The position numbers were made by a program, and so were the translations under genes. DNA of 17,794 nucleotides, taken from a virus. Taxonomy: Duplodnaviria > Heunggongvirae > Uroviricota > Caudoviricetes. The notes beneath the pieces are model-generated. The model saw only the letters and a list, made by a program, of their open reading frames with translations. It made no database searches and was not told the origin of the DNA. Below are positions 1 to 8,461 of this stretch, one piece after another. Within the stretch, counting starts at the first letter, position 1; every line of letters starts with the position of its first letter. The stretch lies in IMG/VR virus record IMGVR_UViG_2671180275_000001; one strand, 5' to 3'.

Positions 1-11
1 CGTGGCCAATA

Positions 12-248
12 TTACTTGACCACTACAGTCCACTGAAATGCACGGACGCCACCGTGCCGTTCCAGAAAGGCTTTTAAAGATGGGTGTTCACATTTACGAA
101 CACGTATCGTCACGCTGTAAGTCGACAACTGGTTATTCAGTCCCGCCGCACGACGCTGTTCATAACCATCGCCCAGCTTCACTGTCACCACTTTCGGCTC
201 TGATACCACATTCATATCCGGGCGCACTTTCCAGTGAAACGTCTCCAT
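12..248 (-). CDS. M: minor tail protein, lambda gpM-like (78 aa; shorter than lambda M)
   Basis: Translation METFHWKVRPDMNVVSEPKVVTVKLGDGYEQRRAAGLNNQLSTYSVTIRVRK...FLERHGG is collinear with lambda M (MKTFRWKVKPGMDVASVP...GDGYSQRAPAGLNANLKTYSVTL...FLEEHGG). ATG at 248-246 overlaps the TAA stop of the upstream tape measure gene. Stop at 12-14. Confidence 0.8.
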   Translation of the reverse strand: METFHWKVRPDMNVVSEPKVVTVKLGDGYEQRRAAGLNNQLSTYSVTIRVRKCEHPSLKAFLERHGGVRAFQWTVVVK

Positions 249-3200
249 TACCGATATGCTCCACTTAACCGACCACCATCACGGGCCTGCTGTTGCATAA
301 AGTCCGCTGCCGCTTTTTTCCCGAGGTCATAAACCGCCTTCAGGGCAGCCGGACCTATCTGCCCGTTCGTGCCATCGTTATTGATCTCGATGTTGTACTG
401 CGGGGAAAACATCGCCATACCTGAACCCCCAATATCCGCCACAACCCCCAGCTTACCGTCAGCACCACGACGCAATGGCAGAATGGCTTCAGGTCCCGCT
501 TCCCCCATCACACCCGCGCCTTTTGCAAAAGCAAAAAACGTCGGACGGTTAACCACCGTGCCACTGTAACGACTCAAATCAGCAGACTGATAAATCCCCC
601 CATTGGCATTCAGGGAAAGGCTGCTGAGATCAAATCCCAGTACACTGCCAATCCCTTTTATCGATTTCATCATGGTTGCCTGCGCCAGGATTTTCGCCAT
701 ATCTGACAGCACAGAAGAGGTGAAGGATTTGAAATTGAGTTTGCCGGTAGTGACAAAAGTTGCCAGGCCATTTCCCATGTTGCTGAAGGCTGACGAGAAC
801 ACCTGTTCTGCTGTTTCTGCCGTATTATCTGCATCCACGGTAAAATCCTGAAATGCACGCAGGACTCCGTTTTTCCAGTTACCCTGCACAACTTCAAGCT
901 GTTGCCAGTAACGGCGATTCTCATTCAGTTGTCGGTTCAGGCTCTCCGTCAGCGCCTGCTCGGCCTTTCTGTAGTCATCCGTGTTATATGTCCCTTTCTG
1001 CTCACTATCCCGCCTCAACTGCTCCAGCTGTTGCTGGTATTTCTGGCGAAGACTCAGTTGTACCTGATATCGCTGTCGCTGCTGATCACCCATACCCACC
1101 GTGGCGATATCCAGGTCATGTTGCTGACGCTGAGCGCGCTCTTCTTCAGCCAGTTGACTGGTCAGCTGAATTGTTTTTTTCTTCAGCTCGTTGAGTGCCG
1201 TCTGTTTCTGAAGCTCCTGCTGTTTTACATCCAGCAGCGTCAGTGCCTGAATCAGTTCATCTTTACGGGCCAGCACACTCTTTTCATCTGCCGTAAGTTT
1301 TTTCCCGTCCAGGTCGCTGATGCGCTGCTGCAGAGCCAGAAGCTGTTTATGCGCTTCTGTCATCCTTTCCGTGGCAATGCCTGCTGACTGTCTGGCAGCA
1401 GCAATCTGTCCTTCCACCTGTGCCTGTTGCTGACTGTACTGCAGCAATAACCGGGTGGCCTCATCATTAAGGGTTTCGCGTGTTTTTTTCTTACCGGATG
1501 CCAGGGCTTTCTCGTAACGTTCATTTTCACGTTGTATCGCCGCATCCCTGACAGCCTGATCGGCGTACTGCATGGCATTAATACGCGCAATTTCACGCTG
1601 ATGTCGTGCTGCTTCCGTTTCATTCATCCGGTTCAGTGCAGCATTTTCAGCATTACGGCGTTTCTGTTGCTCCTGATAATTCCGCTCTGCCTGCTCTTTT
1701 GCATCCTGCAAATCCTTCTGGCGTTTTTTCTCCTGAAGATCGTTAAGACGCTGCTGATCGTATTCAACCTGAGAAGATGATGCCGTCCAGGGGAGTCTTT
1801 TCGCCCGCGACACTTTCTCCTGTAAAGCGGCAATCTGTTCATCCAGCGAGTCTTCACGACCAATATTCATGGCCGCATCCCAGAAACGACTCCACAAATC
1901 AGACAGATACTTCAGCGTACTGCCAAGCGCATTGAGGTTATTATCAATATCCGCAGTACGCCGACCGGTTTCCTCTGCCAGTGCAGACATGGCTATCCGT
2001 GCAGCATCACTGGACCGCCCCTGCTCCCCAAGGACGCGTATCTGCTCAAGCTGAGTGGCAGTAAGAAAATGCAGCTCATTGTCCAGAGCCTTCGCGGCAT
2101 TTACAGGATCATCCTTCAGCCGCTTAAACTGATTTATGGTATCGCTGACCGACTGGCCAACCGATCGCTCCATCTGTGCGGCAGCTCTCGCCACCATACC
2201 GATATCGTTTCCACGAAATGCACCACTCCCCACCACCTGAGCCAGCGCACCGGCTGCAGCATGTTGCGTGATACCATTCCCGGAAATAGCACGACTGAGC
2301 GTCCACAGCTGCCCGGCAGTGACTCCGGCATAATGCCCCGTCAGCGACAACTGGCGGTTAAATTCTTCCCCCTCCTTCTGACCGTCATACCAGGCTTTAC
2401 CCAGACCATAGACGGCCGCGGCAATACCGCCAATAACCCCGCCAAGCATCATGCCTTTCGGTGACATCAGTGTGTCTATCCATCCGGCACGGTTAGCCAG
2501 CGTTATCCCGGATCCCCTCAGCGCCCCTAAATTGCCGCGGGCCAGTTCACCTATCAGAACGCCTATCTCCTGGCGGGCTGATGCACTTTTCAGACCCAGC
2601 GAATGCGTGGCTTTTCCTGCCTGCTCCATTTTGCGGATATACACTTCTGCAGCACTGCTTACCCCCAGCTGGGCTGCCTTAGCACGAAGCAACTCAGAAG
2701 ATGAAAGATTCAGGCGGGTTGCCTGCTCTTTAAGCTGACGGATAAACGCCACTTTCTGTCGGGTAGCCTCTTCCTCAGCCTGTGTAAGAACACGGGTTTT
2801 CGCAGTAACCTCAGAAATCAGCGCCAGATAATCCTGCTGACCAATCCCGCCACTGTTTCTGGCCTGTCGGATCTGCTGCTGAATACGCTGTAATTCCTGC
2901 AGCCCCGCACTGGCCTGTTTCACACTGTCAATCTGACGATAAAACGCAGCAGCCGCTTTATCCTGAACCTCCGCCAGAGCCATGGCCTGCGCCTGTTCCT
3001 CGCGCATTTTCTGGCTCAGTGCCTCCATGCGCTGGCGGGTTTTCTCCACCTCGCGGGCCATGCGTTCATGAGCCTGTGCGTTCTTCTCCACCGTCTGCGC
3101 ATGGACGGATGCGGCTGTTGCAGCCGAAGAAGCTGCCTGCGTTGTCTGCCGGGCGGCCTGAGTCTGACGCTCCATAAAACGCTGCATACGGGCAGAAGAC

Positions 3201-3313
3201 CGTTCTGCATCGCTGGCTGCACCATTCAGAAGGTTTTTGATACGGGGAATTTCATTTTTAAACTCTGCCGCATCAATCCCCAAATCAATGACCAGGTTGG
3301 CTATCTGGTCCAT
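248..3313 (-). CDS. H: tail tape measure protein, lambda gpH-like (1021 aa from ATG at 3313)
   Basis: Long coiled-coil-rich ORF; C-terminus INNDGTNGQIGPAALKAVYDLGKK...DGGRLSGAYR matches the lambda H C-terminus. Start placed at internal ATG (MDQIANLVIDLG) preceded by GGAGGT about 7 nt upstream; the track ORF begins at an upstream TTG. Confidence 0.9.
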   Translation of the reverse strand: MDQIANLVIDLGIDAAEFKNEIPRIKNLLNGAASDAERSSARMQRFMERQTQAARQTTQAASSAATAASVHAQTVEKNAQAHERMAREVEKTRQRMEALSQKMREEQAQAMALAEVQDKAAAAFYRQIDSVKQASAGLQELQRIQQQIRQARNSGGIGQQDYLALISEVTAKTRVLTQAEEEATRQKVAFIRQLKEQATRLNLSSSELLRAKAAQLGVSSAAEVYIRKMEQAGKATHSLGLKSASARQEIGVLIGELARGNLGALRGSGITLANRAGWIDTLMSPKGMMLGGVIGGIAAAVYGLGKAWYDGQKEGEEFNRQLSLTGHYAGVTAGQLWTLSRAISGNGITQHAAAGALAQVVGSGAFRGNDIGMVARAAAQMERSVGQSVSDTINQFKRLKDDPVNAAKALDNELHFLTATQLEQIRVLGEQGRSSDAARIAMSALAEETGRRTADIDNNLNALGSTLKYLSDLWSRFWDAAMNIGREDSLDEQIAALQEKVSRAKRLPWTASSSQVEYDQQRLNDLQEKKRQKDLQDAKEQAERNYQEQQKRRNAENAALNRMNETEAARHQREIARINAMQYADQAVRDAAIQRENERYEKALASGKKKTRETLNDEATRLLLQYSQQQAQVEGQIAAARQSAGIATERMTEAHKQLLALQQRISDLDGKKLTADEKSVLARKDELIQALTLLDVKQQELQKQTALNELKKKTIQLTSQLAEEERAQRQQHDLDIATVGMGDQQRQRYQVQLSLRQKYQQQLEQLRRDSEQKGTYNTDDYRKAEQALTESLNRQLNENRRYWQQLEVVQGNWKNGVLRAFQDFTVDADNTAETAEQVFSSAFSNMGNGLATFVTTGKLNFKSFTSSVLSDMAKILAQATMMKSIKGIGSVLGFDLSSLSLNANGGIYQSADLSRYSGTVVNRPTFFAFAKGAGVMGEAGPEAILPLRRGADGKLGVVADIGGSGMAMFSPQYNIEINNDGTNGQIGPAALKAVYDLGKKAAADFMQQQARDGGRLSGAYR

Positions 3314-3635
3314 AACGCACACCTCCGGAAATACCTTCCCCAAGATGCATCAGTTCTTCGTCCGTTCGCTCCGGTATCCCGTTCTCTTCCGGTAAAAGGC
3401 TGAAATCAGCCACCGCAGCATCACTGCTGCCGGACACCATTCTCACGATCAATGCCTTCAGCGAGGCAAACTGCGCATCCATCCACACATCACTGAAGCT
3501 CTGCATCCGGAAATAATCGCCCCACTCACCAAGCTCAGTGGCCGACATTTCCGACAGCATCCGCCGCCAGTCTGCCCGCCGGAACTCCCGGGCAAGCCGC
3601 ATGACAAACTGCATTTCCCGCGTCAGGACTTTTCC
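3285..3635 (-). CDS. T: tail assembly chaperone, T-frame part of a G-T fusion made by programmed -1 frameshift (lambda gpT-like)
   Basis: ORF in the -1 frame relative to G, open upstream through the 3-prime end of G with no stop; position between G and H as in lambda. The standalone ATG at 3614 is probably not the functional start. Confidence 0.65.
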   Translation of the reverse strand, partial: GKVLTREMQFVMRLAREFRRADWRRMLSEMSATELGEWGDYFRMQSFSDVWMDAQFASLKALIVRMVSGSSDAAVADFSLLPEENGIPERTDEELMHLGEGISGGVRYGPDSQPGH

Positions 3636-4009
3636 GGCGTCAGCGCCTCATGCTCATCATCCACGGCATTATCAATGGCCCCCATACCGCTCAGCGACAG
3701 AACCATCTCCGCCCCCGCACCCAGGGCATCATACGACCATGTTGTAATAACGGATGCGCAAAGCGTCTCTACATCCTTAGACTGATCCGCATTCCACAGT
3801 GAGCGGGAAACCAGCCAGGCATTGATATCCATCCCCATCCGCAGAAAAGCAATCTGTCGTTCAGCCTCCGGCAGTTCTCCCTCCCCGGCATCAAACTTTG
3901 CCGTTCGCTGCTGAACAAACGTCAGATATTCAATTCTCTGCAGCCCGGACAGCTCACTGAGCACCACGGACTGTTTTTCATAATTAAACGTGTCCTGTTT
4001 CAGAAACAT
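3623..4009 (-). CDS. G: tail assembly chaperone, lambda gpG-like
   Basis: MFLKQDTFNYEKQSVVLSELSGLQRIEYL resembles lambda G N-terminus MFLKTESFEHNGVTVTLSELSALQRIEHL. GGAG lies 6 nt upstream of the ATG at 4009; the track ORF starts at an upstream TTG. Confidence 0.8.
   Translation of the reverse strand: MFLKQDTFNYEKQSVVLSELSGLQRIEYLTFVQQRTAKFDAGEGELPEAERQIAFLRMGMDINAWLVSRSLWNADQSKDVETLCASVITTWSYDALGAGAEMVLSLSGMGAIDNAVDDEHEALTPEKS
3629..3635 (-). other. candidate -1 ribosomal frameshift (slippery) site GGAAAAG at the end of G
   Basis: Minus-strand sequence ...ACG CCG GAA AAG TCC TGA in the G frame. Slipping back 1 nt at G-GAA-AAG puts tRNA-Lys on AAA and continues in the T frame (..GKVLTREMQFVMRL). 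Lambda uses G-GGA-AAG at the equivalent position. Confidence 0.5.
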
Positions 4010-4025
4010 CATGTTCTCCACCTGC

Positions 4026-4049
4026 AAAAAAGCCCCGCATAACCGGGGC
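4026..4049 (-). terminator. intrinsic terminator-like hairpin between V and G
   Basis: Minus strand reads GCCCCG-GTTATG-CGGGGC followed by TTTTTT, 20-45 nt downstream of the V stop codon. Confidence 0.5.
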
Positions 4050-4069
4050 AAATGATGAGTATCGTCCTG

Positions 4070-4813
4070 TTAACCTGCTGCGCTGACAGTCACCGCAGTC
4101 ACAGCCACAAAATTCCCGTCAGCGGTCATGCCCACAATGCTGACACTGCCCTGCTTCACGCCTTTTACCGTGGCCACAAGTCCGTTCAGGGTAACCGTGG
4201 CAGTCTGTGGATCTGACGAATGCACACTGATCGCTTTGTCACTGGCTCCGTCAGGTTTTACTGTAAAGGTCAGCGTGGTGGTTGCTCCCACTTTTACACT
4301 GGCAGACGCCGGTGATACTGTCAGCCCGGTAACGCTCACGGTTTCAGTGCCTTCCTCTGCCAGATACGGACGCCCCACACCGCTGATTTTCACAGTGCGG
4401 GTCATCACGTCTTTTGAGGCAATGGTTTTACCCAGTGAGCTCAGCCAGCCACGGAAAACATCAACAGTGCCGTTGGGATATTTGATACGAAACGCGCAGA
4501 CTTCACCGGAGTCGAACAACTGAACCAGTTTTTTCTGCCCGCTGTCACCCGGACGCCAGGCCAACGTCGCCGAAGTATCACCAACGGATTTCTGCCCCTG
4601 GGTTGTCGTTTTCCAGTCTGCATCTTCATCATCGAGATAAGTGTCATCTTCTGCATCAGCGGTCATTTCGCCAGGTTGCAGATCCTTCACCATCGCAAGA
4701 CGCAGCCAGTCAGTGTCCGACAAAGGGTTCGCAAACGCATCGCCGTTGCCGGTATACATCCAGAACGTCGTCCCCGCACCTTTCGTCTTTGCCAGTGGAT
4801 TTGGTGTGGTCAT
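4070..4813 (-). CDS. V: major tail protein, lambda gpV-like, with C-terminal Ig-like (Big_2-type) domain
   Basis: MTTPNPLAKTKGAGTTFWMYTGNGDAFANPLSDTDW...FRGWLSSLGK is collinear with lambda V ([36 protein letters not shown]...FRGWVSSIGK). C-terminal TVSPASASVKVGATTTLTFTVKP block is Ig-like. AAGGAGGT lies 5 nt upstream of the ATG at 4813. Confidence 0.92.
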   Translation of the reverse strand: MTTPNPLAKTKGAGTTFWMYTGNGDAFANPLSDTDWLRLAMVKDLQPGEMTADAEDDTYLDDEDADWKTTTQGQKSVGDTSATLAWRPGDSGQKKLVQLFDSGEVCAFRIKYPNGTVDVFRGWLSSLGKTIASKDVMTRTVKISGVGRPYLAEEGTETVSVTGLTVSPASASVKVGATTTLTFTVKPDGASDKAISVHSSDPQTATVTLNGLVATVKGVKQGSVSIVGMTADGNFVAVTAVTVSAAG

Positions 4814-4823
4814 TACCACCTCC

Positions 4824-5225
4824 TTAATTCGTGTACGTGATCTGGTACGTGATTTCCGCCATCGCCCAGGTGGCCATCTCATTATCACGTTGATAGTTAA
4901 AACCGAGTGGGATCAGGGTGTCGATGAGTCCGGAAAGTGCCGGTATATCATTCAGGGCAGGGAAAATGGTGCTCTCCATCCACATATCCAGCTCTGAATC
5001 CGGTGCCTGTGCCCGGATGAAGACGGCAATATGCAGAACAGCCTGCCAGTCATCTTCATCCGTCATTTTTCCGGTGTACTGAGCATCACTCAGCCACACC
5101 GCCACGGCAGGCAGTTCCTGCGCATCAATAAATGCCGGAAGCCCGTCAAAAAACGTGGCGCTGTCTCCACACTGTTCCCGAAGGCGTGCCAGTACGGCCT
5201 GGCGGATTTGTGTATGCCGGTTCAT
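4824..5225 (-). CDS. U: tail terminator protein, lambda gpU-like
   Basis: MNRHTQIRQAVLARL...ATFFDGLPAFIDAQELPAVAVWL...DSELDMWMES...DIPALSGLI matches lambda U. ATG at 5225 overlaps the Z stop in an ATGA arrangement. Confidence 0.85.
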   Translation of the reverse strand: MNRHTQIRQAVLARLREQCGDSATFFDGLPAFIDAQELPAVAVWLSDAQYTGKMTDEDDWQAVLHIAVFIRAQAPDSELDMWMESTIFPALNDIPALSGLIDTLIPLGFNYQRDNEMATWAMAEITYQITYTN

Positions 5226-5800
5226 CGGGTCAGCCATAACCTCAGTTGTTGTTTCAGTGCATACCCCAGCTGTTTCGGCATTTCCGCAGCAATGATGTGG
5301 TCGCGGGCATCTTCAAATGCCTGTGTCAGCGGTCCGGACAGCGGGATTTTCACCACATCAATGGGGTAACGATTTTTGCCATCAATACGCCGCATCACAT
5401 GCCAGCGACCATTCGCCAGTTGCTGAATAAACGCATCCCGGAAAAGATATTTACCCACCTTCAGCACACTGCCACGGTACTGCAGTTTTCCACCACGCCG
5501 GGCCAGTCTGACCCGGGCTGTCCCCAGCTTAATGGCGGGCAGATTGCCCCGGTTAACGCGGATCCTGGCCGTCATTTTTCCTGACGGACTGGCTTTAAAC
5601 ACCCGGACACGCTGACGTACCAGTTTCAGGGGGATCCCTTTCACCTGGTTATCTCCCGCAACGGTATTCCCGGCAACCTGCCGGGTGGCAACCGAGACCG
5701 CTTTCTGTGCCACACGGTTTATCGCCCATGCGCTGGCCTGTGGCACCATACGGGTATCAAGGCTGTTCAGATTGCGGATGGCATTCTCAAGCCCCTTCAT
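5222..5800 (-). CDS. Z: tail completion protein, lambda gpZ-like
   Basis: MKGLENAIRNL...NRGNLPAIKLGTARV...LKVGKYLFRDAFIQQLANGRWHVMRR...YPIDVVKIPLS matches lambda Z (192 aa). AGAGGTG precedes the ATG. Confidence 0.85.
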   Translation of the reverse strand: MKGLENAIRNLNSLDTRMVPQASAWAINRVAQKAVSVATRQVAGNTVAGDNQVKGIPLKLVRQRVRVFKASPSGKMTARIRVNRGNLPAIKLGTARVRLARRGGKLQYRGSVLKVGKYLFRDAFIQQLANGRWHVMRRIDGKNRYPIDVVKIPLSGPLTQAFEDARDHIIAAEMPKQLGYALKQQLRLWLTR

Positions 5801-5811
5801 CCCACACCTCT

Positions 5812-6087
5812 TTACTCAATAAAGATCATTGGCTTACCGTTAAAACGTTCATGCCGTGTGACCGTCCATTGTTGTCCGTCATAAACAACGCGATCCCCGC
5901 GCCGTGGGCGGTATCCCGAAGAAAACACCACCAGAGAGACCGCAGGTCCGGACAGAGCATTCAGCTCTGCCAGTGTTTCGCCCGGGATCACAGCCATATC
6001 GACATCATTAATCGAGGCTGTCTTTCCCATCTTTCTGACCGTGATCGCATCCATACGCGCTGCCAGCCGGGAAAAGGGATCAGACAT
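5812..6087 (-). CDS. FII: head-tail joining protein, lambda gpFII-like
   Basis: 91-aa ORF between the head genes and Z. C-terminal RRGDRVVYDGQQWTV resembles the lambda FII RRGDTLTIGEENFWV region. Start overlaps the stop of the upstream gene. Confidence 0.65.
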   Translation of the reverse strand: MSDPFSRLAARMDAITVRKMGKTASINDVDMAVIPGETLAELNALSGPAVSLVVFSSGYRPRRGDRVVYDGQQWTVTRHERFNGKPMIFIE

Positions 6088-6403
6088 TGAGTTTTACCGG
6101 CACTTCTTCTGCACTGGTTCCGGCATCTGCCCAGACAACCCCGACCAGCGGATCAGAGCCGCTGTTAGTCAGCTGAACTTTTCCGGACTTCAGATAAACC
6201 TTCTTACCCGTTTTCATGTCATCCGTTTTCAGTTTAGGCAGGATAAACACACCTTCGGTCATGCCGTCGCCTGTTTCACCCTGTGGAATATCGGTCAGCG
6301 CCACCGCAAAAACATCACCCACCTGCACCAGATCTCCGCTGCTGATGGCTGCACTGGCAACAATCGCCACCGTTTTTCCTTCTTCTACAAAATTCTTTGC
6401 CAT
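6080..6403 (-). CDS. small head protein of unknown role following the capsid gene (possible decoration or head-closure protein)
   Basis: 107-aa beta-rich ORF from internal ATG (MAKNFVEEGKTVAIVA...) with GGAG about 7 nt upstream. Sits directly after the capsid gene and its terminator. Function assigned from position only. Confidence 0.55.
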   Translation of the reverse strand: MAKNFVEEGKTVAIVASAAISSGDLVQVGDVFAVALTDIPQGETGDGMTEGVFILPKLKTDDMKTGKKVYLKSGKVQLTNSGSDPLVGVVWADAGTSAEEVPVKLNV

Positions 6404-6446
6404 AACTGTCTCCGCACAGCCCCGTTCAGAGGCTGATTTCAGGTAC

Positions 6447-6470
6447 AAAAAAAGCCCTTACGGGCCATCA
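6447..6470 (-). terminator. intrinsic terminator-like hairpin after the major capsid gene
   Basis: Minus strand GGCCC-GTAA-GGGCT followed by T7, about 20 nt after the capsid stop and just upstream of the next gene start. Confidence 0.5.
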
Positions 6471-6489
6471 GAGTTGTTGTCTGCGACGT

Positions 6490-8448
6490 TTACGCCGTAC
6501 ATTTCACCAGACCGCGGTGATCAACTGGCGCGACACCGGCGTCAATACGCACTTTCGTTGTCACGCCATCCACACTGAAGCCCTCCATCTGATCAATATA
6601 TGGCGTATCCACACCGTTGAGATAAGCCACTTCAATCGTATCGGAGCCTTTGGACGCAGCCAGGTAGAAGGTGGTCTGGCTGTTATCATCAAGACGAGGC
6701 TCTGCAATAACGGTCGCAAAATCTTTCACCGGGTTAATAATACCTGCGTTAATGTCAGCCCCCTTGACACTTGAGGAGCGAATGACCTGGTTAGCAACAG
6801 ACTCCATCGCCGTCGGTACCAGTACGAACGCAGGACGAATATTCAGATGACGCTCCCCCTCTTTCTGAACGCGCATCAACTGGCGGGCTTTATCCAGCGA
6901 TGCCACGTCCATTGCAGCGCTCTCCAGTACGTTTGCATGTTTCGCTTTATCGAACAGACTTACATTATCTGTGGAGATTTTCGGGTTAGACGTCAGAATG
7001 GCATAAACCAGATCGGCAATGGTGGATTTCGCCGCACGGCCCAGCTTCATCGGGACATCGGTCAGCATATTCAGATCATCATTGATAATGGCCTGACGGG
7101 TGATACTGAACAGCTCGCCATAGGTCGCCAGTGCAATAGTGGCCTGTTTATCTCCGGTGGTGACGTATTTATATTCCGCCCCTTCACGCACCTGACGCAG
7201 AGCACTGAAGCCCCCCATACCCACACGATGGGCAATTTTAAAATCAGACAACTGACCTTTCCGCGTCCACTGTTCATAGGTTTCAGGAGCATCTTCCCAG
7301 CCCTGCAGAATGGCTTTGTTCGCAACATCCAGCAGAATATTACCGAAGTCAGACGTACTGTGTGTGAACGCCGCACCGACCATCTGCATCGGGTTATAAC
7401 TGGAAACCCCAATACCCCGTTCAGTCAGTGACATACGGGCATATTCACGCAGGGTCATCCCGTTGTAGACATTATCACGTTCGGTTTTTTCAAATCCGGC
7501 ACGCGCCATCAGCGCCTGGCGGATCCCGTCCCCCACAAAATTACCGTTACCGGCATAAATATGAGCCGGGGTATTTTTATTGGATGGCGTGGACTCGCGC
7601 CCCATCTCGTTCAACAGCTTTTCGCGGGCCTGCTCCAGCGAACATTCAGGATCGGCAAGACACTGAGCCTGCAGAGTCTGATAACGCCCGCCAAACATGG
7701 CAAACAGATCATTAATACCGTTTACACGCGCTTTTTGCTCTGCCAGTACCTGCGCACGGATACTGTTTTCATCCACCACGGGTGCTGCTGCCTGCACTGG
7801 CGTCCGGGAGGCTGCAGGTTCATCATCCTGTACGCGTGGAGCACTGTTGCGTGGCGGAGTAATCATGTTTCGAATGGATTCCGGCATCTTTTTAAATTCC
7901 TCTGTACGTTTTGACTGAATACATGCCATTGCCTTAACGGCTGGCGTTACCTGATCAGCAAATCCATGTGCCAGACATTCGGCACCGGACATCCAGGTCT
8001 CATCCGCCAGCATGGCAGCAATTTCATCGGTGGTTTTCCCGGTTTTCTGTGCATAAGCGGGTAACAGAACCGCCTCAACTTTATCGAGCAGGTCGGCATA
8101 GGTGCGCATGTCCTCCGCATCACCGCCCGTAAAGCCAAATGGTTTATGAATCATCATGAAAGTGTTTTCCGGCATAATGACCGGGTTTCCCACCATCGCA
8201 ATGACCGACGCCATTGACGCCGCCACACCGTCGACATAAACGGTAATGGACGCACCATGTGTTTTCAGCGCATTAAAAATGGCGATGCCTTCAAAGACAT
8301 CGCCACCCGGTGAATTAATATGGAGATTAATGTGGGTGATATCGCCCAGTGCATTCAGATCACTGATAAACTGCTTCGCTGTAACACCCCAGAAACCAAT
8401 CTCGTCATAAATATAAATATCCGCGTCACTCTGGTGACCAGCCTGCAT
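6490..8448 (-). CDS. fused prohead protease (ClpP-like) / major capsid protein (HK97 fold), 652 aa
   Basis: N-terminus has ClpP-type motifs (IYDEIG, SPGGD, GVAASMAS, MMIHKPFG); C-terminal half has HK97-type capsid blocks (PEGAEYKY, FSITRQAIINDDL, TDTIEVAYLNG, KVRIDAGVA). Start set to the first ATG after the portal stop (MQAGHQSD...); the 739-aa track ORF would overlap the portal by about 250 nt. Confidence 0.9.
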   Translation of the reverse strand: MQAGHQSDADIYIYDEIGFWGVTAKQFISDLNALGDITHINLHINSPGGDVFEGIAIFNALKTHGASITVYVDGVAASMASVIAMVGNPVIMPENTFMMIHKPFGFTGGDAEDMRTYADLLDKVEAVLLPAYAQKTGKTTDEIAAMLADETWMSGAECLAHGFADQVTPAVKAMACIQSKRTEEFKKMPESIRNMITPPRNSAPRVQDDEPAASRTPVQAAAPVVDENSIRAQVLAEQKARVNGINDLFAMFGGRYQTLQAQCLADPECSLEQAREKLLNEMGRESTPSNKNTPAHIYAGNGNFVGDGIRQALMARAGFEKTERDNVYNGMTLREYARMSLTERGIGVSSYNPMQMVGAAFTHSTSDFGNILLDVANKAILQGWEDAPETYEQWTRKGQLSDFKIAHRVGMGGFSALRQVREGAEYKYVTTGDKQATIALATYGELFSITRQAIINDDLNMLTDVPMKLGRAAKSTIADLVYAILTSNPKISTDNVSLFDKAKHANVLESAAMDVASLDKARQLMRVQKEGERHLNIRPAFVLVPTAMESVANQVIRSSSVKGADINAGIINPVKDFATVIAEPRLDDNSQTTFYLAASKGSDTIEVAYLNGVDTPYIDQMEGFSVDGVTTKVRIDAGVAPVDHRGLVKCTA

Positions 8449-8461
8449 CCTGAACCAGGAA

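Noticed and set aside
902-1387. Plus-strand ORFs antisense to the tape measure gene (902..1387, 853..1194, 2069..2464, 2451..2738, 3068..3403)
   Set aside because: They lie entirely inside a well-supported minus-strand gene, have low-complexity Leu/Gln/Arg-rich translations typical of antisense frames, and have no RBS.
4070-4888. 272-aa version of the V gene with a basic N-terminal extension from a GTG start
   Set aside because: The ATG at 4813 is preceded by a near-consensus SD and the protein then aligns with lambda V from residue 1; the extension would overlap U.
6847-7431. Plus-strand ORFs antisense to the capsid, portal, terminase and helicase genes (6847..7431, 7561..7914, 9269..9682, 12861..13244, 15043..15465, 15459..15863)
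   Set aside because: Shadow ORFs opposite strongly supported coding regions; no independent support.
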